The notes beneath the pieces were generated by a model. The model had not been told where the DNA came from, did not search any database, and worked only from the letters and a program-made list of their open reading frames with translations. This document shows positions 8,502 through 17,813 of a stretch of DNA of 64,000 nt, one piece after another. Within the stretch, counting starts at the first letter, position 1; each line of letters begins with the position of its first letter. The translations under genes were made by a program, and so were the position numbers. This DNA is from Roseococcus sp. (GTDB lineage: Bacteria > Pseudomonadota > Alphaproteobacteria > Acetobacterales > Acetobacteraceae). The stretch covers positions 20,821 through 84,820 of the forward strand of contig JAOAIK010000022.1 in the NCBI GenBank assembly GCA_026414745.1. Reading direction: 5' to 3'.

Positions 8502-9428
8502 ATGTTGGGGGCAGGCAGGGTGCGGAGCGTGATCGGGCGTATCTCGGATTTCTCGCGGGCGGCGGCTCTCGCCGCTCTTCCCCTCGTGTTGGCGGCGACG
8601 GGTGCCTTCGCCCAGCCCGCCGGCGAGCCGACGGTCGGCGCGCCCGTGCCCTGGGGCATGGGGCTGCAGGCCTCCGGCGGGCCGATCAAGGACGCGATCA
8701 GCGAGTTCAACACGCTGGTGTTCTGGATCATCGTGGGCATCACGATCTTCGTCGGCGTGCTGCTCGCCTGGGTGCTCTGGCGCTACAACGCCGCGCGCAA
8801 CCCGGTCGCCTCCCAGACCAGCCACAACACGCCGCTCGAGATCGTCTGGACGGTGGTGCCGGTGCTGATCCTGATCGTGATCGCCGTGCCCTCCTTCCGC
8901 CTGATCTACTACCAGGATCGCGCCCGCGACGCGGAGTTCACCGTCACCGTCACCGGCCATCAATGGTATTGGAACTACCGGCTGCCCGATCACGGCAACT
9001 TCGCCTTCGACAGCCGCCCCGTCTATGACGAGGATCTCCGCCCCGGCCAGCTCCGCAACCTCGAGGTGGACGAGCCGCTCGTGATCCCCGTCGGCGCGAC
9101 CATCCGGGTGCTGACCCAGGGCGTGGACGTGATCCACAGCTTCTTCGTGCCCTCGCTCGGGGTGCAGAAGTACACGATTCCCGGCCGCACCCTCGAGACC
9201 TGGATGCGCGCCGACCGGCCCGGCACTTATTACGGGCAGTGCAACCAGATCTGCGGCGTGAATCACTGGTTCATGCCCATCCAGATCCGTGCCGTGCCGC
9301 GCCAGGAGTTCGAGGCCTGGGTGGCGAGCGCCCGCACGCGCTTCGCCCACACCATTCCGGGCAACGAGGCGCCCGCCCTTGCCGAGGGCGCGGCCGACAC
9401 CATCCGTATCGCCGCGGCCCGCGAGTGA
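8502..9428 (+). CDS. ctaC: Cytochrome c oxidase (aa3-type) subunit II
   Basis: Signal peptide followed by two TM helices. CuA site HSFFVP...CNQICGVNHWFM. The start is uncertain (ATG at 8502 or GTG at 8520). Confidence 0.93.
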   Translation: MLGAGRVRSVIGRISDFSRAAALAALPLVLAATGAFAQPAGEPTVGAPVPWGMGLQASGGPIKDAISEFNTLVFWIIVGITIFVGVLLAWVLWRYNAARNPVASQTSHNTPLEIVWTVVPVLILIVIAVPSFRLIYYQDRARDAEFTVTVTGHQWYWNYRLPDHGNFAFDSRPVYDEDLRPGQLRNLEVDEPLVIPVGATIRVLTQGVDVIHSFFVPSLGVQKYTIPGRTLETWMRADRPGTYYGQCNQICGVNHWFMPIQIRAVPRQEFEAWVASARTRFAHTIPGNEAPALAEGAADTIRIAAARE

Positions 9429-9464
9429 CCGCGCGCGGCTGACATCAGGAGAGGCGAAGCGAAC

Positions 9465-11057
9465 ATGGCCCACGCCGCGGAAGCGCACCACGACCACCAC
9501 GACCACAAGCCGGGCTTCGTGGCGCGGTGGTTCTTCAGCACCAACCACAAGGACATCGGCACCCTCTACATCCTCTTCTCCCTGTTCGCGGCGATCATCG
9601 GCATCGGGATCTCCTTCCTGATGCGCCTGGAGCTGCAGCAGCCGGGGATGCAGATCTTCGCCGACGGGCAGGTGTGGAACGCCTACGTCTCCGCGCACGG
9701 GCTGATCATGGTGTTCTTCGTGATCATGCCCGCGCTGATCGGCGGCTTCGGCAACTGGTTCGTGCCGATCATGATCGGCGCCCCGGACATGGCCTTCCCG
9801 CGCCTCAACAACATCAGCTTCTGGCTGATGGTGCCGGCCTTCCTGCTCCTCGCCGGCAGCCTCTTCGTCGGCGAGGGGCCGGGCGCGGGCTGGACGATCT
9901 ATCCGCCCCTGTCGGACAACGCCTTCCATCCCTCCCCGGCGATGGATATGGCGCTGTTCTCCCTCCACCTCGCGGGGGCGAGCTCCATCCTGGGCGCGGC
10001 GAACTTCATCACCACCATCTTCAACATGCGCGCTCCGGGGATGACGCTGCACAAGATGCCTCTCTTCGTGTGGTCCATCCTGGTCACCGCCTTCCTGCTG
10101 CTCCTCGCGGTGCCGGTGCTGGGCGGCGCCATCACCATGCTGATCACGGACCGCAACTTCGGCACGGCCTTCTTCGATCCCGCCGGCGGTGGTGACCCGG
10201 TGCTCTTCCAGCACCTGTTCTGGTTCTTCGGCCACCCCGAAGTCTACATCATGATCCTGCCGGCCTTCGGCGTGATCAGCCACGTCATCTCCACCTTCTC
10301 GAAGAAGCCGGTGTTCGGCTACCTGGGCATGGCCTACGCCATGGTGGCGATCGGCGTGGTGGGCTTCGTGGTGTGGGCGCACCACATGTACACCTCGGGC
10401 ATCGATGTGGACACGCGCGCCTACTTCATGGCCGCGACCATGATCATCGCGGTGCCGACGGGCGTGAAGATCTTCTCCTGGATCGCCACCATGTGGGGCG
10501 GGTCGCTGAAGATGGACACGCCCATGCTCTTCGCCGTGGGCTTCATCTTCCTCTTCACGGTCGGCGGGGTGACGGGCGTGGTGCTGGCCAATGCAGGCAT
10601 CACGCAGATCCTGCACAACACCTACTACGTGGTGGCGCACTTCCACTACGTGCTGAGCCTCGGCGCAGTGTTCGGGATCTACGCCGGCATCTACTACTGG
10701 ATCGGCAAGATGAGTGGCCGGCAGTATCCGGAGAAGCTGGGCAAGATCCACTTCTGGCTGACCTTCGTCGGCGTGAACCTGACCTTCTTCCCGATGCACT
10801 TCCTGGGCAACCAGGGCATGCCGCGCCGCTACCCGGACTATCCGGACGCGATGTGGGGCTGGAACCTGATCTCCTCGCTCGGCTCCTACATCTCGATCGT
10901 CAGCTTCCTCTTCTTCTTCTACGTGATGTGGGTGACGCTCCGCCGCGGCGAGCAGGCCGCCCCCAACTACTGGGGCGAGGGCGCGACGACGCTGGAATGG
11001 CAGGTCTCCAGCCCGCCGCCCTTCCACACCTTCGACGAACTGCCGCGCATCCGCTGA
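9465..11057 (+). CDS. ctaD: Cytochrome c oxidase subunit I
   Basis: 530 aa. Canonical heme-copper oxidase motifs are present ([21 protein letters not shown]). Confidence 0.97.
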   Translation: MAHAAEAHHDHHDHKPGFVARWFFSTNHKDIGTLYILFSLFAAIIGIGISFLMRLELQQPGMQIFADGQVWNAYVSAHGLIMVFFVIMPALIGGFGNWFVPIMIGAPDMAFPRLNNISFWLMVPAFLLLAGSLFVGEGPGAGWTIYPPLSDNAFHPSPAMDMALFSLHLAGASSILGAANFITTIFNMRAPGMTLHKMPLFVWSILVTAFLLLLAVPVLGGAITMLITDRNFGTAFFDPAGGGDPVLFQHLFWFFGHPEVYIMILPAFGVISHVISTFSKKPVFGYLGMAYAMVAIGVVGFVVWAHHMYTSGIDVDTRAYFMAATMIIAVPTGVKIFSWIATMWGGSLKMDTPMLFAVGFIFLFTVGGVTGVVLANAGITQILHNTYYVVAHFHYVLSLGAVFGIYAGIYYWIGKMSGRQYPEKLGKIHFWLTFVGVNLTFFPMHFLGNQGMPRRYPDYPDAMWGWNLISSLGSYISIVSFLFFFYVMWVTLRRGEQAAPNYWGEGATTLEWQVSSPPPFHTFDELPRIR

Positions 11058-11081
11058 GGCGCGCGGCAGGGACGGGCCGGG

Positions 11082-12029
11082 ATGAGCGACGCGACGATCG
11101 GCAGCACCGCGAGGGGCATCTCCCCCCTCGGCATGTCCGGCGGCTCGGAGGTGCGGGACTGGATCACGCTTCTCAAGCCGCGGGTGCTGACTCTCGTCGT
11201 GTACACCGGGGTGGCGGGGCTGCTGGTGGCGCCCGGCGCGCTGCATCCGGTGCTGGCGCTCACCGCCATCCTGTGCATCGCCGTCGCCGCCGGTGCGGCT
11301 GGCGCGATCAACATGTGGTATGACCGCGACATCGATGCGGTGATGCGCCGCACCCAGAAGCGCCCCATCCCCGCGGGGCGCATCAGCGCCGAGGGCGCGC
11401 TGGCCTATGGCGTGCTGCTGGGCATGGGGTCCGTGGCGCTGATGGGGCTGGCCACCAACTGGCTCGCCGCCGGCGTGCTGGCGGCCTCCATCCTGTTCTA
11501 TGTCGTGATCTACACCATGTGGCTGAAGCGGCGCACGCCGCAAAACATCGTCATCGGCGGCGCGGCCGGCGCCTTCCCGCCGCTGATCGGCTGGGTGGCC
11601 GTGACGGGCAGCATGGACGTGCTGCCGCTGCTGCTCTTCGCCATCATCTTCCTCTGGACCCCGCCGCATTTCTGGGCGCTCTCGCTCTTCGCGCACGGCG
11701 ACTACCAGCGCGCGGGCGTGCCCATGCTGCCGGTGGTGGCCGGGGCGCGCGAGACGCGCCGCCAGGTGGTGATCTACACGTGGCTGCTGGTGCCGCTGAC
11801 GCTCGCGCCCCTGCTGATCGGCTTCTCCGGCTGGCTCTATGGCGCGGCGGCCCTGCTGCTGGGGGCGAACTTCCTGCGCCATGCGCATGCCCTGTGGCGC
11901 GAGCGGCAGGATTCGGCCGGCGTCTCGCTCGAGAATGACCAGGCGGCGCGCCGCTGCTTCAAGTTCAGCATCTCCTATCTCTTCCTGCTCTTCGGGGCGC
12001 TGGTGGCGGACCGGCTGTGGCTCGGATGA
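11082..12029 (+). CDS. ctaB: Protoheme IX farnesyltransferase (heme O synthase)
   Basis: 315-aa UbiA-family prenyltransferase. It has the NMWYDRDID motif and lies inside the cox operon. Confidence 0.93.
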   Translation: MSDATIGSTARGISPLGMSGGSEVRDWITLLKPRVLTLVVYTGVAGLLVAPGALHPVLALTAILCIAVAAGAAGAINMWYDRDIDAVMRRTQKRPIPAGRISAEGALAYGVLLGMGSVALMGLATNWLAAGVLAASILFYVVIYTMWLKRRTPQNIVIGGAAGAFPPLIGWVAVTGSMDVLPLLLFAIIFLWTPPHFWALSLFAHGDYQRAGVPMLPVVAGARETRRQVVIYTWLLVPLTLAPLLIGFSGWLYGAAALLLGANFLRHAHALWRERQDSAGVSLENDQAARRCFKFSISYLFLLFGALVADRLWLG

Positions 12030-12193
12030 CCGCCCCGCTCGACCGCCCCCCCGTGGACATGCCGATGACGGCCGAGGAGCGCGCCCTGTTCGAGCGCCGC
12101 CGCCGCGCCCGCAACTGGGCCATCCTCGCCGTGCTGGCGGGGCTGGTGGTGCTGTTCTACTTCATCTCTGTTGCGCGGCTGCTGCGGGGATGA
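12026..12193 (+). CDS. Small single-pass membrane protein (55 aa) between ctaB and ctaG
   Basis: Not in the supplied ORF track. Translation: MTAPLDRPPVDMPMTAEERALFERRRRARNWAILAVLAGLVVLFYFISVARLLRG. Nearly every codon has G/C at the third position. It has ATGA-type 4-nt overlaps with the ctaB stop and the ctaG start. Confidence 0.65.
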   Translation: MTAPLDRPPVDMPMTAEERALFERRRRARNWAILAVLAGLVVLFYFISVARLLRG

Positions 12194-12807
12194 GCATGGC
12201 CCGCCCCGACCCGGCCACGCTCGCCCGGCGCAACCGGCGCATGGCCTTCGGCGCCTTCGGCTTCGCCGCCTTCATGGTCGGCGTCTCCTTCGCCGCGGTG
12301 CCCCTCTACGATCTGTTCTGCCGCGTCACCGGCTTCGGCGGCACGCCGATGATCGGCCAGGCGGCCCCCGGGGCGGCGGGGGAGCGAAGCATCACCGTGC
12401 GCTTCAACGCCAACACCCAGCCCAACCTGCCCTGGCGCTTCGCCCCCCAGCAGACCGCCATGACGCTGCGGCTGGGCGAGGAGGGGCTTGCCTTCTACAC
12501 CGCGCGCAACCTGGCGCCCGCCGCCGTCACCGGCGTCTCCACCTACAACGTCACACCCGAGGTGGTCGGCCGCTACTTCCACAAGACCGCCTGCTTCTGC
12601 TTCGAGGAGCAGACGCTGGAGCCGGGCCAGGCCGTGGACATGCCGCTCGCCTTCTGGGTGGATCCGCGCATCGCCACCGACCCCGCGACGCGCGACATCC
12701 GCACCATCACCGTCAGCTACACCTTCTTCCGCAGCCTGAACGACGCCGAGCGCGCCGGCGCGCTCGCCAATGCCGGGCCGCATGTGGGCAACGGCCGTGT
12801 GCGCTGA
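12190..12807 (+). CDS. ctaG: Cytochrome c oxidase assembly protein CtaG/Cox11 (CuB insertion)
   Basis: Start at MSMARPD (ATG at 12190). Motifs PLYDLFCRVTGFGG and KTACFCFEEQ are diagnostic of Cox11. Confidence 0.92.
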   Translation: MSMARPDPATLARRNRRMAFGAFGFAAFMVGVSFAAVPLYDLFCRVTGFGGTPMIGQAAPGAAGERSITVRFNANTQPNLPWRFAPQQTAMTLRLGEEGLAFYTARNLAPAAVTGVSTYNVTPEVVGRYFHKTACFCFEEQTLEPGQAVDMPLAFWVDPRIATDPATRDIRTITVSYTFFRSLNDAERAGALANAGPHVGNGRVR

Positions 12808-12898
12808 CGCGGACGCCTTGATCTCCGGCCGCCTTTCCCTGATGGAGGCGGCACAACCCACGCGGGGCCCCACCCGCCGAACCGACCAGGATTGAGCG

Positions 12899-13732
12899 AT
12901 GGCAAGCACCCAGGAAGGCGCCAGCCCCTACAAGCACCCCTACCACCTGGTGGATCCCTCGCCCTGGCCGCTGCTCTCGGCCTTCGCGGGGGGCCTCCTC
13001 GTCACCGGCATCATCCTCAACGCCCATTACGGCATGCATTGGCCCCTCTACGCGGGCGTGGCCGCCGTGCTCGTCTGCATGTTCGGCTGGTGGCGCGACG
13101 TGCTGAAGGAGAGCCGCACCCCCGGCCTGCACAGCCCGGTGGTCCGGCTCGGCCTGCGCTACGGGATGATCCTGTTCATCGCCTCGGAGGTGATGTTCTT
13201 CGTCGCCTTCTTCTGGGCCTATTTCCACTTCGCCCTCTACCCCGAGCATGTCTCGGGGGCGCAGCAGGCCATTTGGCCGCCCGCGGGGATCAAGACCTTC
13301 GACCCCTGGCATCTGCCCTTCCTCAACACGATGATCCTGCTGCTGTCGGGCTGCACGGTGACCTGGGCGCACCATGGCCTGCTCCACGGCGACCGCAAGG
13401 CGCTGATTACGGGGCTTGCGCTCACCGTGCTGCTCGGCCTCGCCTTCACCGGGCTGCAGGCCTGGGAGTACATGACCGCTCCCTTCCCCTTCACCGGCGG
13501 CGTCTATCCCTCGACCTTCTTCCTCGCCACCGGCTTCCACGGCTTCCATGTGATCGTGGGCACGATCTTCCTCACCGTGTGCCTGTTCCGCGCCATCGCC
13601 GGGCACTTCACGCCGGAGAAGCATTTCGGCTTCGAGGCGGCGGCCTGGTACTGGCATTTCGTGGACGTGGTGTGGCTGTTCCTCTTCGTCTCCATCTACT
13701 GGTGGGGCGCGGGCGAGATCGCGGCGCACTGA
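12899..13732 (+). CDS. ctaE: Cytochrome c oxidase subunit III
   Basis: 277 aa. HPYHLVDPSPWP at the N-terminus, and a seven-TM pattern ending ...FHGFHV...WYWHFVDVVW. Confidence 0.95.
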   Translation: MASTQEGASPYKHPYHLVDPSPWPLLSAFAGGLLVTGIILNAHYGMHWPLYAGVAAVLVCMFGWWRDVLKESRTPGLHSPVVRLGLRYGMILFIASEVMFFVAFFWAYFHFALYPEHVSGAQQAIWPPAGIKTFDPWHLPFLNTMILLLSGCTVTWAHHGLLHGDRKALITGLALTVLLGLAFTGLQAWEYMTAPFPFTGGVYPSTFFLATGFHGFHVIVGTIFLTVCLFRAIAGHFTPEKHFGFEAAAWYWHFVDVVWLFLFVSIYWWGAGEIAAH

Positions 13733-13760
13733 CGCCGTCGCCAGAGCAGGCTCGGTTCAG

Positions 13761-13796
13761 GAACCCGTCGCCGGTCCCGGCGGCGGGTTCTTTCTT
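13761..13796 (+). terminator. Rho-independent terminator of the cox operon
   Basis: GAACCCGTCGCC...GGCGGCGGGTTC forms a 12-bp stem with one G-U pair, followed by TTTCTT. Confidence 0.6.
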
Positions 13797-13805
13797 GCGC
13801 GCGCG

Positions 13806-15701
13806 TCAGGGCGCCTGCGCTGGCGCGCGCTGCGCCTCGCGCACGCTCTCCAGGATCTCCCGGAACAACCGGGCGGGCAGCGTGCCGCCGCGGACATCCT
13901 CCATCCCCGTGTTGTCGTCATTGCCGAGCCAGACGCCGATGGCCACCAGCCCCGAGGGCAGGGCGGCGAAGCCGATGAACCAGGCATCGCGGTGCTCCTG
14001 GGTGGTGCCGGTCTTGCCGCCCGTCGCGATCCCGGGCAGCGTGGCCTGCCGCCCGGTGCCGTAGCGAGTCACGGCCTGCATCATCTGCCGCATGCCCTCG
14101 GCGGCGGCGGCGGGGATCACCTGCGCCGGCTCGCTGCGCGGCACGGGCAGGCTGCGTCCCTCTGCCTCCACCCGCGCCATGCCGAAGGGGGTGACGCGCC
14201 GCCCGCCATTGGCCATGGCGGCGTAGGCGGCCGTCATCTCGAGCAGCGTCACCTCGCCGGTGCCCAGCGCGAGGGAGGCGTCGCGCGGGAAGCGCCCGCG
14301 CACGCCGAGGCGCATGGCCACATCCGCCACCGCCCGCGGCCCGCCCGCCTGCTGCATGGCCCGCACCGCCGCGGTGTTCACCGAATGGGCGAAGGCCTCC
14401 TCGAGCGAGATGGTCCCGCGGCTGCGCCACTGCCCGTTGGAGGGCGACCATCGCCCGAGGGAGAGCGGGCCGTCGCTGATCGGGTCCGCCGGGCTTGCGC
14501 CCCGCTCCAAGAGGGCGAGATAGGTGAAGGCCTTGAAGGTGGAGCCGGGCTGGCGCCGCGCATCGGTGGCGCGGTTGAAGGGCGAGCGCCGGAAATCCCG
14601 CCCCCCCGCCATGGCCCGCACCGCCCCCGTGGCCGCATCCAGCACCACCACCGCGCCCTGGGAGACGCGCGCCTCCCGCCCCGGCCCGTCGAGCAGGGCT
14701 GCGAGCCGCGACTCCACCGCCGCCTGCCAGCGCGGATCGAGGGTGGTGCGCACCACCAGGTCCTGGCTGCCCGGGAAGGCGCGCGGGATCTCCTCGAACA
14801 CCCAGTCGGCGAACCAGCCGCCATTGCGCGAGGGGCGCGGCGGGATGGCGAGCTCGCGCAGCGCCTGCTCCTGCTGGGCCTCGGTGATGGCGCCGGTGGC
14901 GCGCATCGCCGCCAGCACCTCGCGCGCGCGCGCCGCCGCGCCTTCGGGGTTGGCGCGCGGGTTGAGGCGCGAGGGCGCCTGCGGCAGCCCGGCCAGCACC
15001 GCCGCCTGCCAGAGGGTCAGTCGGCGCGCACTGACGCCGAAATAGACGCGCGCCGCCGCGTCCACCCCGAAGACGCCGGCGCCGAGATAGACGCGGTTGA
15101 GGTAGATCTCGAGCAGCTCGTCCTTGGTGAAGCGGCGCTCGAGCCAGATCGCCAGCAGCGCCTCCTGCACCTTGCGGCGCAGGCTGCGCTCGCCCGAGAG
15201 GTAGAGGTTCTTGGCGAGCTGCTGGGTAAGGGTGGAGCCGCCCTGCACCACCTCGCCCGCGGTCCAGTTGGCGTGGATGGCGCGGGCGAGCCCCACGAGG
15301 TCCAGGCCGAAATGCGCGTGGAAGCGCCGGTCCTCGATGGCGAGCAGCGCCGCGGGCAGATGCGCGGGCATGTCGGAGAGGCGCAGCACCTCGCCGAACA
15401 GGTCGCCCTGGGTGGCAAGCAGGCCGCCCTCGCTGGTCTGCAGCGTCACCGAGGGGCGGCGCTGCTGCTCCAGCACGCGGTCGGCGCGCGGCATGTCCCA
15501 GGCGAAGAAGACCAGCAGCGCGGCGCAGGCGATCGCGCCCCAGATCAGCAGGATGACGCACAGCCGAAGAAGCCGCCCGCCGAGGCCGCGGCGGGCGGGG
15601 CGCTTGGCGCGGGGCTCTGGCCCGCTCGGGGGGTGCCGGGTGGTCCGGGGGGCGGCGGCACGGGCCTCGGGGCGCGGCCGGGCGGCCGCCACACGGGGCA
15701 T
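13806..15701 (-). CDS. Class A penicillin-binding protein (bifunctional transglycosylase/transpeptidase, PBP1A family)
   Basis: GT51 motifs EDRRFHAHFGLD and GGSTLTQQLAKN. Transpeptidase motifs STFK, SVN and KTGTT. N-terminal TM anchor. Confidence 0.92.
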   Translation of the reverse strand: MPRVAAARPRPEARAAAPRTTRHPPSGPEPRAKRPARRGLGGRLLRLCVILLIWGAIACAALLVFFAWDMPRADRVLEQQRRPSVTLQTSEGGLLATQGDLFGEVLRLSDMPAHLPAALLAIEDRRFHAHFGLDLVGLARAIHANWTAGEVVQGGSTLTQQLAKNLYLSGERSLRRKVQEALLAIWLERRFTKDELLEIYLNRVYLGAGVFGVDAAARVYFGVSARRLTLWQAAVLAGLPQAPSRLNPRANPEGAAARAREVLAAMRATGAITEAQQEQALRELAIPPRPSRNGGWFADWVFEEIPRAFPGSQDLVVRTTLDPRWQAAVESRLAALLDGPGREARVSQGAVVVLDAATGAVRAMAGGRDFRRSPFNRATDARRQPGSTFKAFTYLALLERGASPADPISDGPLSLGRWSPSNGQWRSRGTISLEEAFAHSVNTAAVRAMQQAGGPRAVADVAMRLGVRGRFPRDASLALGTGEVTLLEMTAAYAAMANGGRRVTPFGMARVEAEGRSLPVPRSEPAQVIPAAAAEGMRQMMQAVTRYGTGRQATLPGIATGGKTGTTQEHRDAWFIGFAALPSGLVAIGVWLGNDDNTGMEDVRGGTLPARLFREILESVREAQRAPAQAP

Positions 15702-15785
15702 GACGCCGCTATAGCAGGCGACTCGGGCGCTTGCACCGGGCGCGCCGCACCCACAAGTGCCCGGAGCTTCATCGGGAGTTCATCC

Positions 15786-16754
15786 ATGCCCCTCGCCCCG
15801 CGCCGCGCCCTGCTGGCCGCCCCTGCCCTGCTCGTCGCGGCCCCCGCACGGGCCGAATGGGCGCCGAGTCAGCCCGTGCGCCTCATCAACCCCTTCGCCC
15901 CCGGCGGCAGCCCGGACATCCTGGCCCGCGCCATGGCGCCGCATGTGCAGGCGCAGCTCGGCCAGCCCATGGTGGTGGAGAACCGGCCCGGCGCGGGCGG
16001 CATGGTGGGCGCGCGCTTCGCCGCGCAGCAGCCGGCGGATGGGCATGCGGTGTTCCTCGCCGCCATCTCGGCCGTGCTGGCGCCCTTCATGGCGCGCGAG
16101 CCGGGCTACCGCATCGAGGATTTCCGCCCCGTCTCCATCCTCACCGTCACCCCGCTGGTGCTGGTGGCGCGCGAGGGCTTCCCCGCCGCCACGGTGCAGG
16201 AATGGGACCGCGCGGTGCGCGCCGCGCCCGGGCGCTTCACCTACGGCACGGCGGGCATCGGCACGCCGCACCAGATGGCGGCCGAGCTCTACGCGAACCT
16301 GACCGGCGCGCAGATGACGCATGTGCCCTATCGCGGCACCGCGCCGGCGCTGACCGACATCCGCGCCGGCACGGTGGACTTCATGTTCGCCGACCTCGCC
16401 GCCGCGCTGGGGCAGATCCGCCAGGGCGGGCTCCGGGCCCTGGCGGTGACGACGGCCCGCCGCGTGCCCGCCATCGCCGAGGTGCCGACCATGGCCGAGG
16501 CGATCCTGCCCGGCTTCGAGGCCTATTCCTTCGTGAGCTGGTGGGTGCCCGCCCGCACGCCCGATGCCGCGGTGCGCCGCCTGAACCATGTGGCGCTGCA
16601 CGCGCTTGCGCAGCCCGACGTGCAGGCGCGCATCCAGGAGTTCGGTTTCCTTGCGGAGGGGACCTCGGTGGAGCGCGCGGAGGCCTTCGTCCGCGCGGAG
16701 AGCGAGAAATGGGCCGGCGTGATCCGCGCCCGCAACCTGCGCTTCGAGGAGTAG
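15786..16754 (+). CDS. Bug-family tripartite tricarboxylate transporter substrate-binding protein (TctC-like)
   Basis: Start at MPLAPRRALLAAPALL (signal peptide). The PFAPGGSPDILAR and VENRPGAGG motifs are typical of Bug proteins. Confidence 0.88.
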   Translation: MPLAPRRALLAAPALLVAAPARAEWAPSQPVRLINPFAPGGSPDILARAMAPHVQAQLGQPMVVENRPGAGGMVGARFAAQQPADGHAVFLAAISAVLAPFMAREPGYRIEDFRPVSILTVTPLVLVAREGFPAATVQEWDRAVRAAPGRFTYGTAGIGTPHQMAAELYANLTGAQMTHVPYRGTAPALTDIRAGTVDFMFADLAAALGQIRQGGLRALAVTTARRVPAIAEVPTMAEAILPGFEAYSFVSWWVPARTPDAAVRRLNHVALHALAQPDVQARIQEFGFLAEGTSVERAEAFVRAESEKWAGVIRARNLRFEE

Positions 16755-16937
16755 GACCCGGGCGCGCCGCTTGACCCGGGTCGCCAAGCGCCCCATTCCC
16801 CACCCCGCGCCGCCCACGGAGCCTCCGGCCGCAAGGCGGCCGGCGCGCCCCGCCCGACCTTCCGGCCGGGCGCTCCCGCAGCGGCGCGACAGCCAAGGCC
16901 GCGGATGCGGCCGCCCGGCGCCTGAGGGCAGAGACAT

Positions 16938-17813
16938 ATGAACTGGATCAGCGAGTGGGCCCTGCCCAAGATCAAGACGCTCTTCGGCGGCGCGCGGGAG
17001 GTGCCGGACAACCTCTGGCACAAGTGCCCCTCCTGCGAGAAGATGATCTTCCAGAATGATCTGGAGGCGAATCTCCGGGTCTGCCCGCATTGCGGCCACC
17101 ACATGCGCCTGGGCGCCCGCCAGCGCCTTGAGGCCACTTTCGACGAGGGCTGGCAGCGCGCCGAACTGCCCAAGGTTCCGCTCGACCCCCTCAAGTTCAA
17201 GGACCAGCGCCGCTACGCCGAGCGGCTGAAGGAGGCGCAGGCGAAATCCGGCCTGGAGGACGCGGTGCTGGTCGGCCATGGCCGGATCGAGGGCGAGCGC
17301 GCCGTGGTCGCGGCCTTCGAGTTCGCCTTCATGGGCGGCTCCATGGGCGCGGGGGTGGGCGAGGCGCTGGTCACCGCGGCCCGCCTCGCCGTGCTGCAGG
17401 ACGCGCCCCTGATCGTCTTCGCGAGCTCCGGCGGCGCGCGCATGCAGGAGGGGGCGATCAGCCTCATGCAGATGCCGCGCACGGTGATCGCCACGCAGAT
17501 GGTGAAGGATGCCGGGCTGCCCTTCATCGTCGTGCTGTGCGACCCCACCACGGGCGGCGTCACTGCCAGCTTCGCCATGCTGGGCGACATCCAGATCGCC
17601 GAGCCCGGCGCGCTCATCGGCTTCGCCGGCGCGCGGGTGATCGAGCAGACGGTGCGCGAGAAGCTGCCCGAGGGCTTCCAGCGCGCCGAATACCTGCTGC
17701 GCCACGGCATCCTCGACATGGTGGTGAAGCGGGGCGAGATGCGCGCCACGCTGGCGCGCCTCATCCGCCTGCTGCACGCCGGGTCCCGGCCCGAGGCTCC
17801 GGCCGCCGCGTGA
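16938..17813 (+). CDS. accD: Acetyl-CoA carboxylase carboxyltransferase subunit beta
   Basis: N-terminal zinc ribbon CPSC...CPHCGHH followed by a carboxyltransferase domain. A GAGGG ribosome-binding site lies upstream. Confidence 0.95.
   Translation: MNWISEWALPKIKTLFGGAREVPDNLWHKCPSCEKMIFQNDLEANLRVCPHCGHHMRLGARQRLEATFDEGWQRAELPKVPLDPLKFKDQRRYAERLKEAQAKSGLEDAVLVGHGRIEGERAVVAAFEFAFMGGSMGAGVGEALVTAARLAVLQDAPLIVFASSGGARMQEGAISLMQMPRTVIATQMVKDAGLPFIVVLCDPTTGGVTASFAMLGDIQIAEPGALIGFAGARVIEQTVREKLPEGFQRAEYLLRHGILDMVVKRGEMRATLARLIRLLHAGSRPEAPAAA

Noticed and set aside
8376-11888. 1170-aa minus-strand ORF antisense to ctaC/ctaD/ctaB. Similar very long ORFs include 13992-16754 (upstream part), 35631-39200 and 37259-41725 (upstream extensions), 46942-49386, 53233-56082, 34818-37565, 39586-42075 and 61365-63476.
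   Set aside because: Their translations are monotonous Arg/Ala/Gly/Pro/His-rich strings. They overlap frames that encode unmistakable conserved proteins. Open shadow frames are expected in very GC-rich DNA. Only the homologous distal parts were called.
16755-16937. The 183-bp tctC-accD spacer, with hairpins CCGGCCGC-AAG-GCGGCCGG and GGCCGC-GGAT-GCGGCC, as a possible sRNA.
   Set aside because: GC hairpins without U-tracts are common in this DNA. I see no promoter-like elements or conservation evidence. It is more simply a terminator/spacer region.
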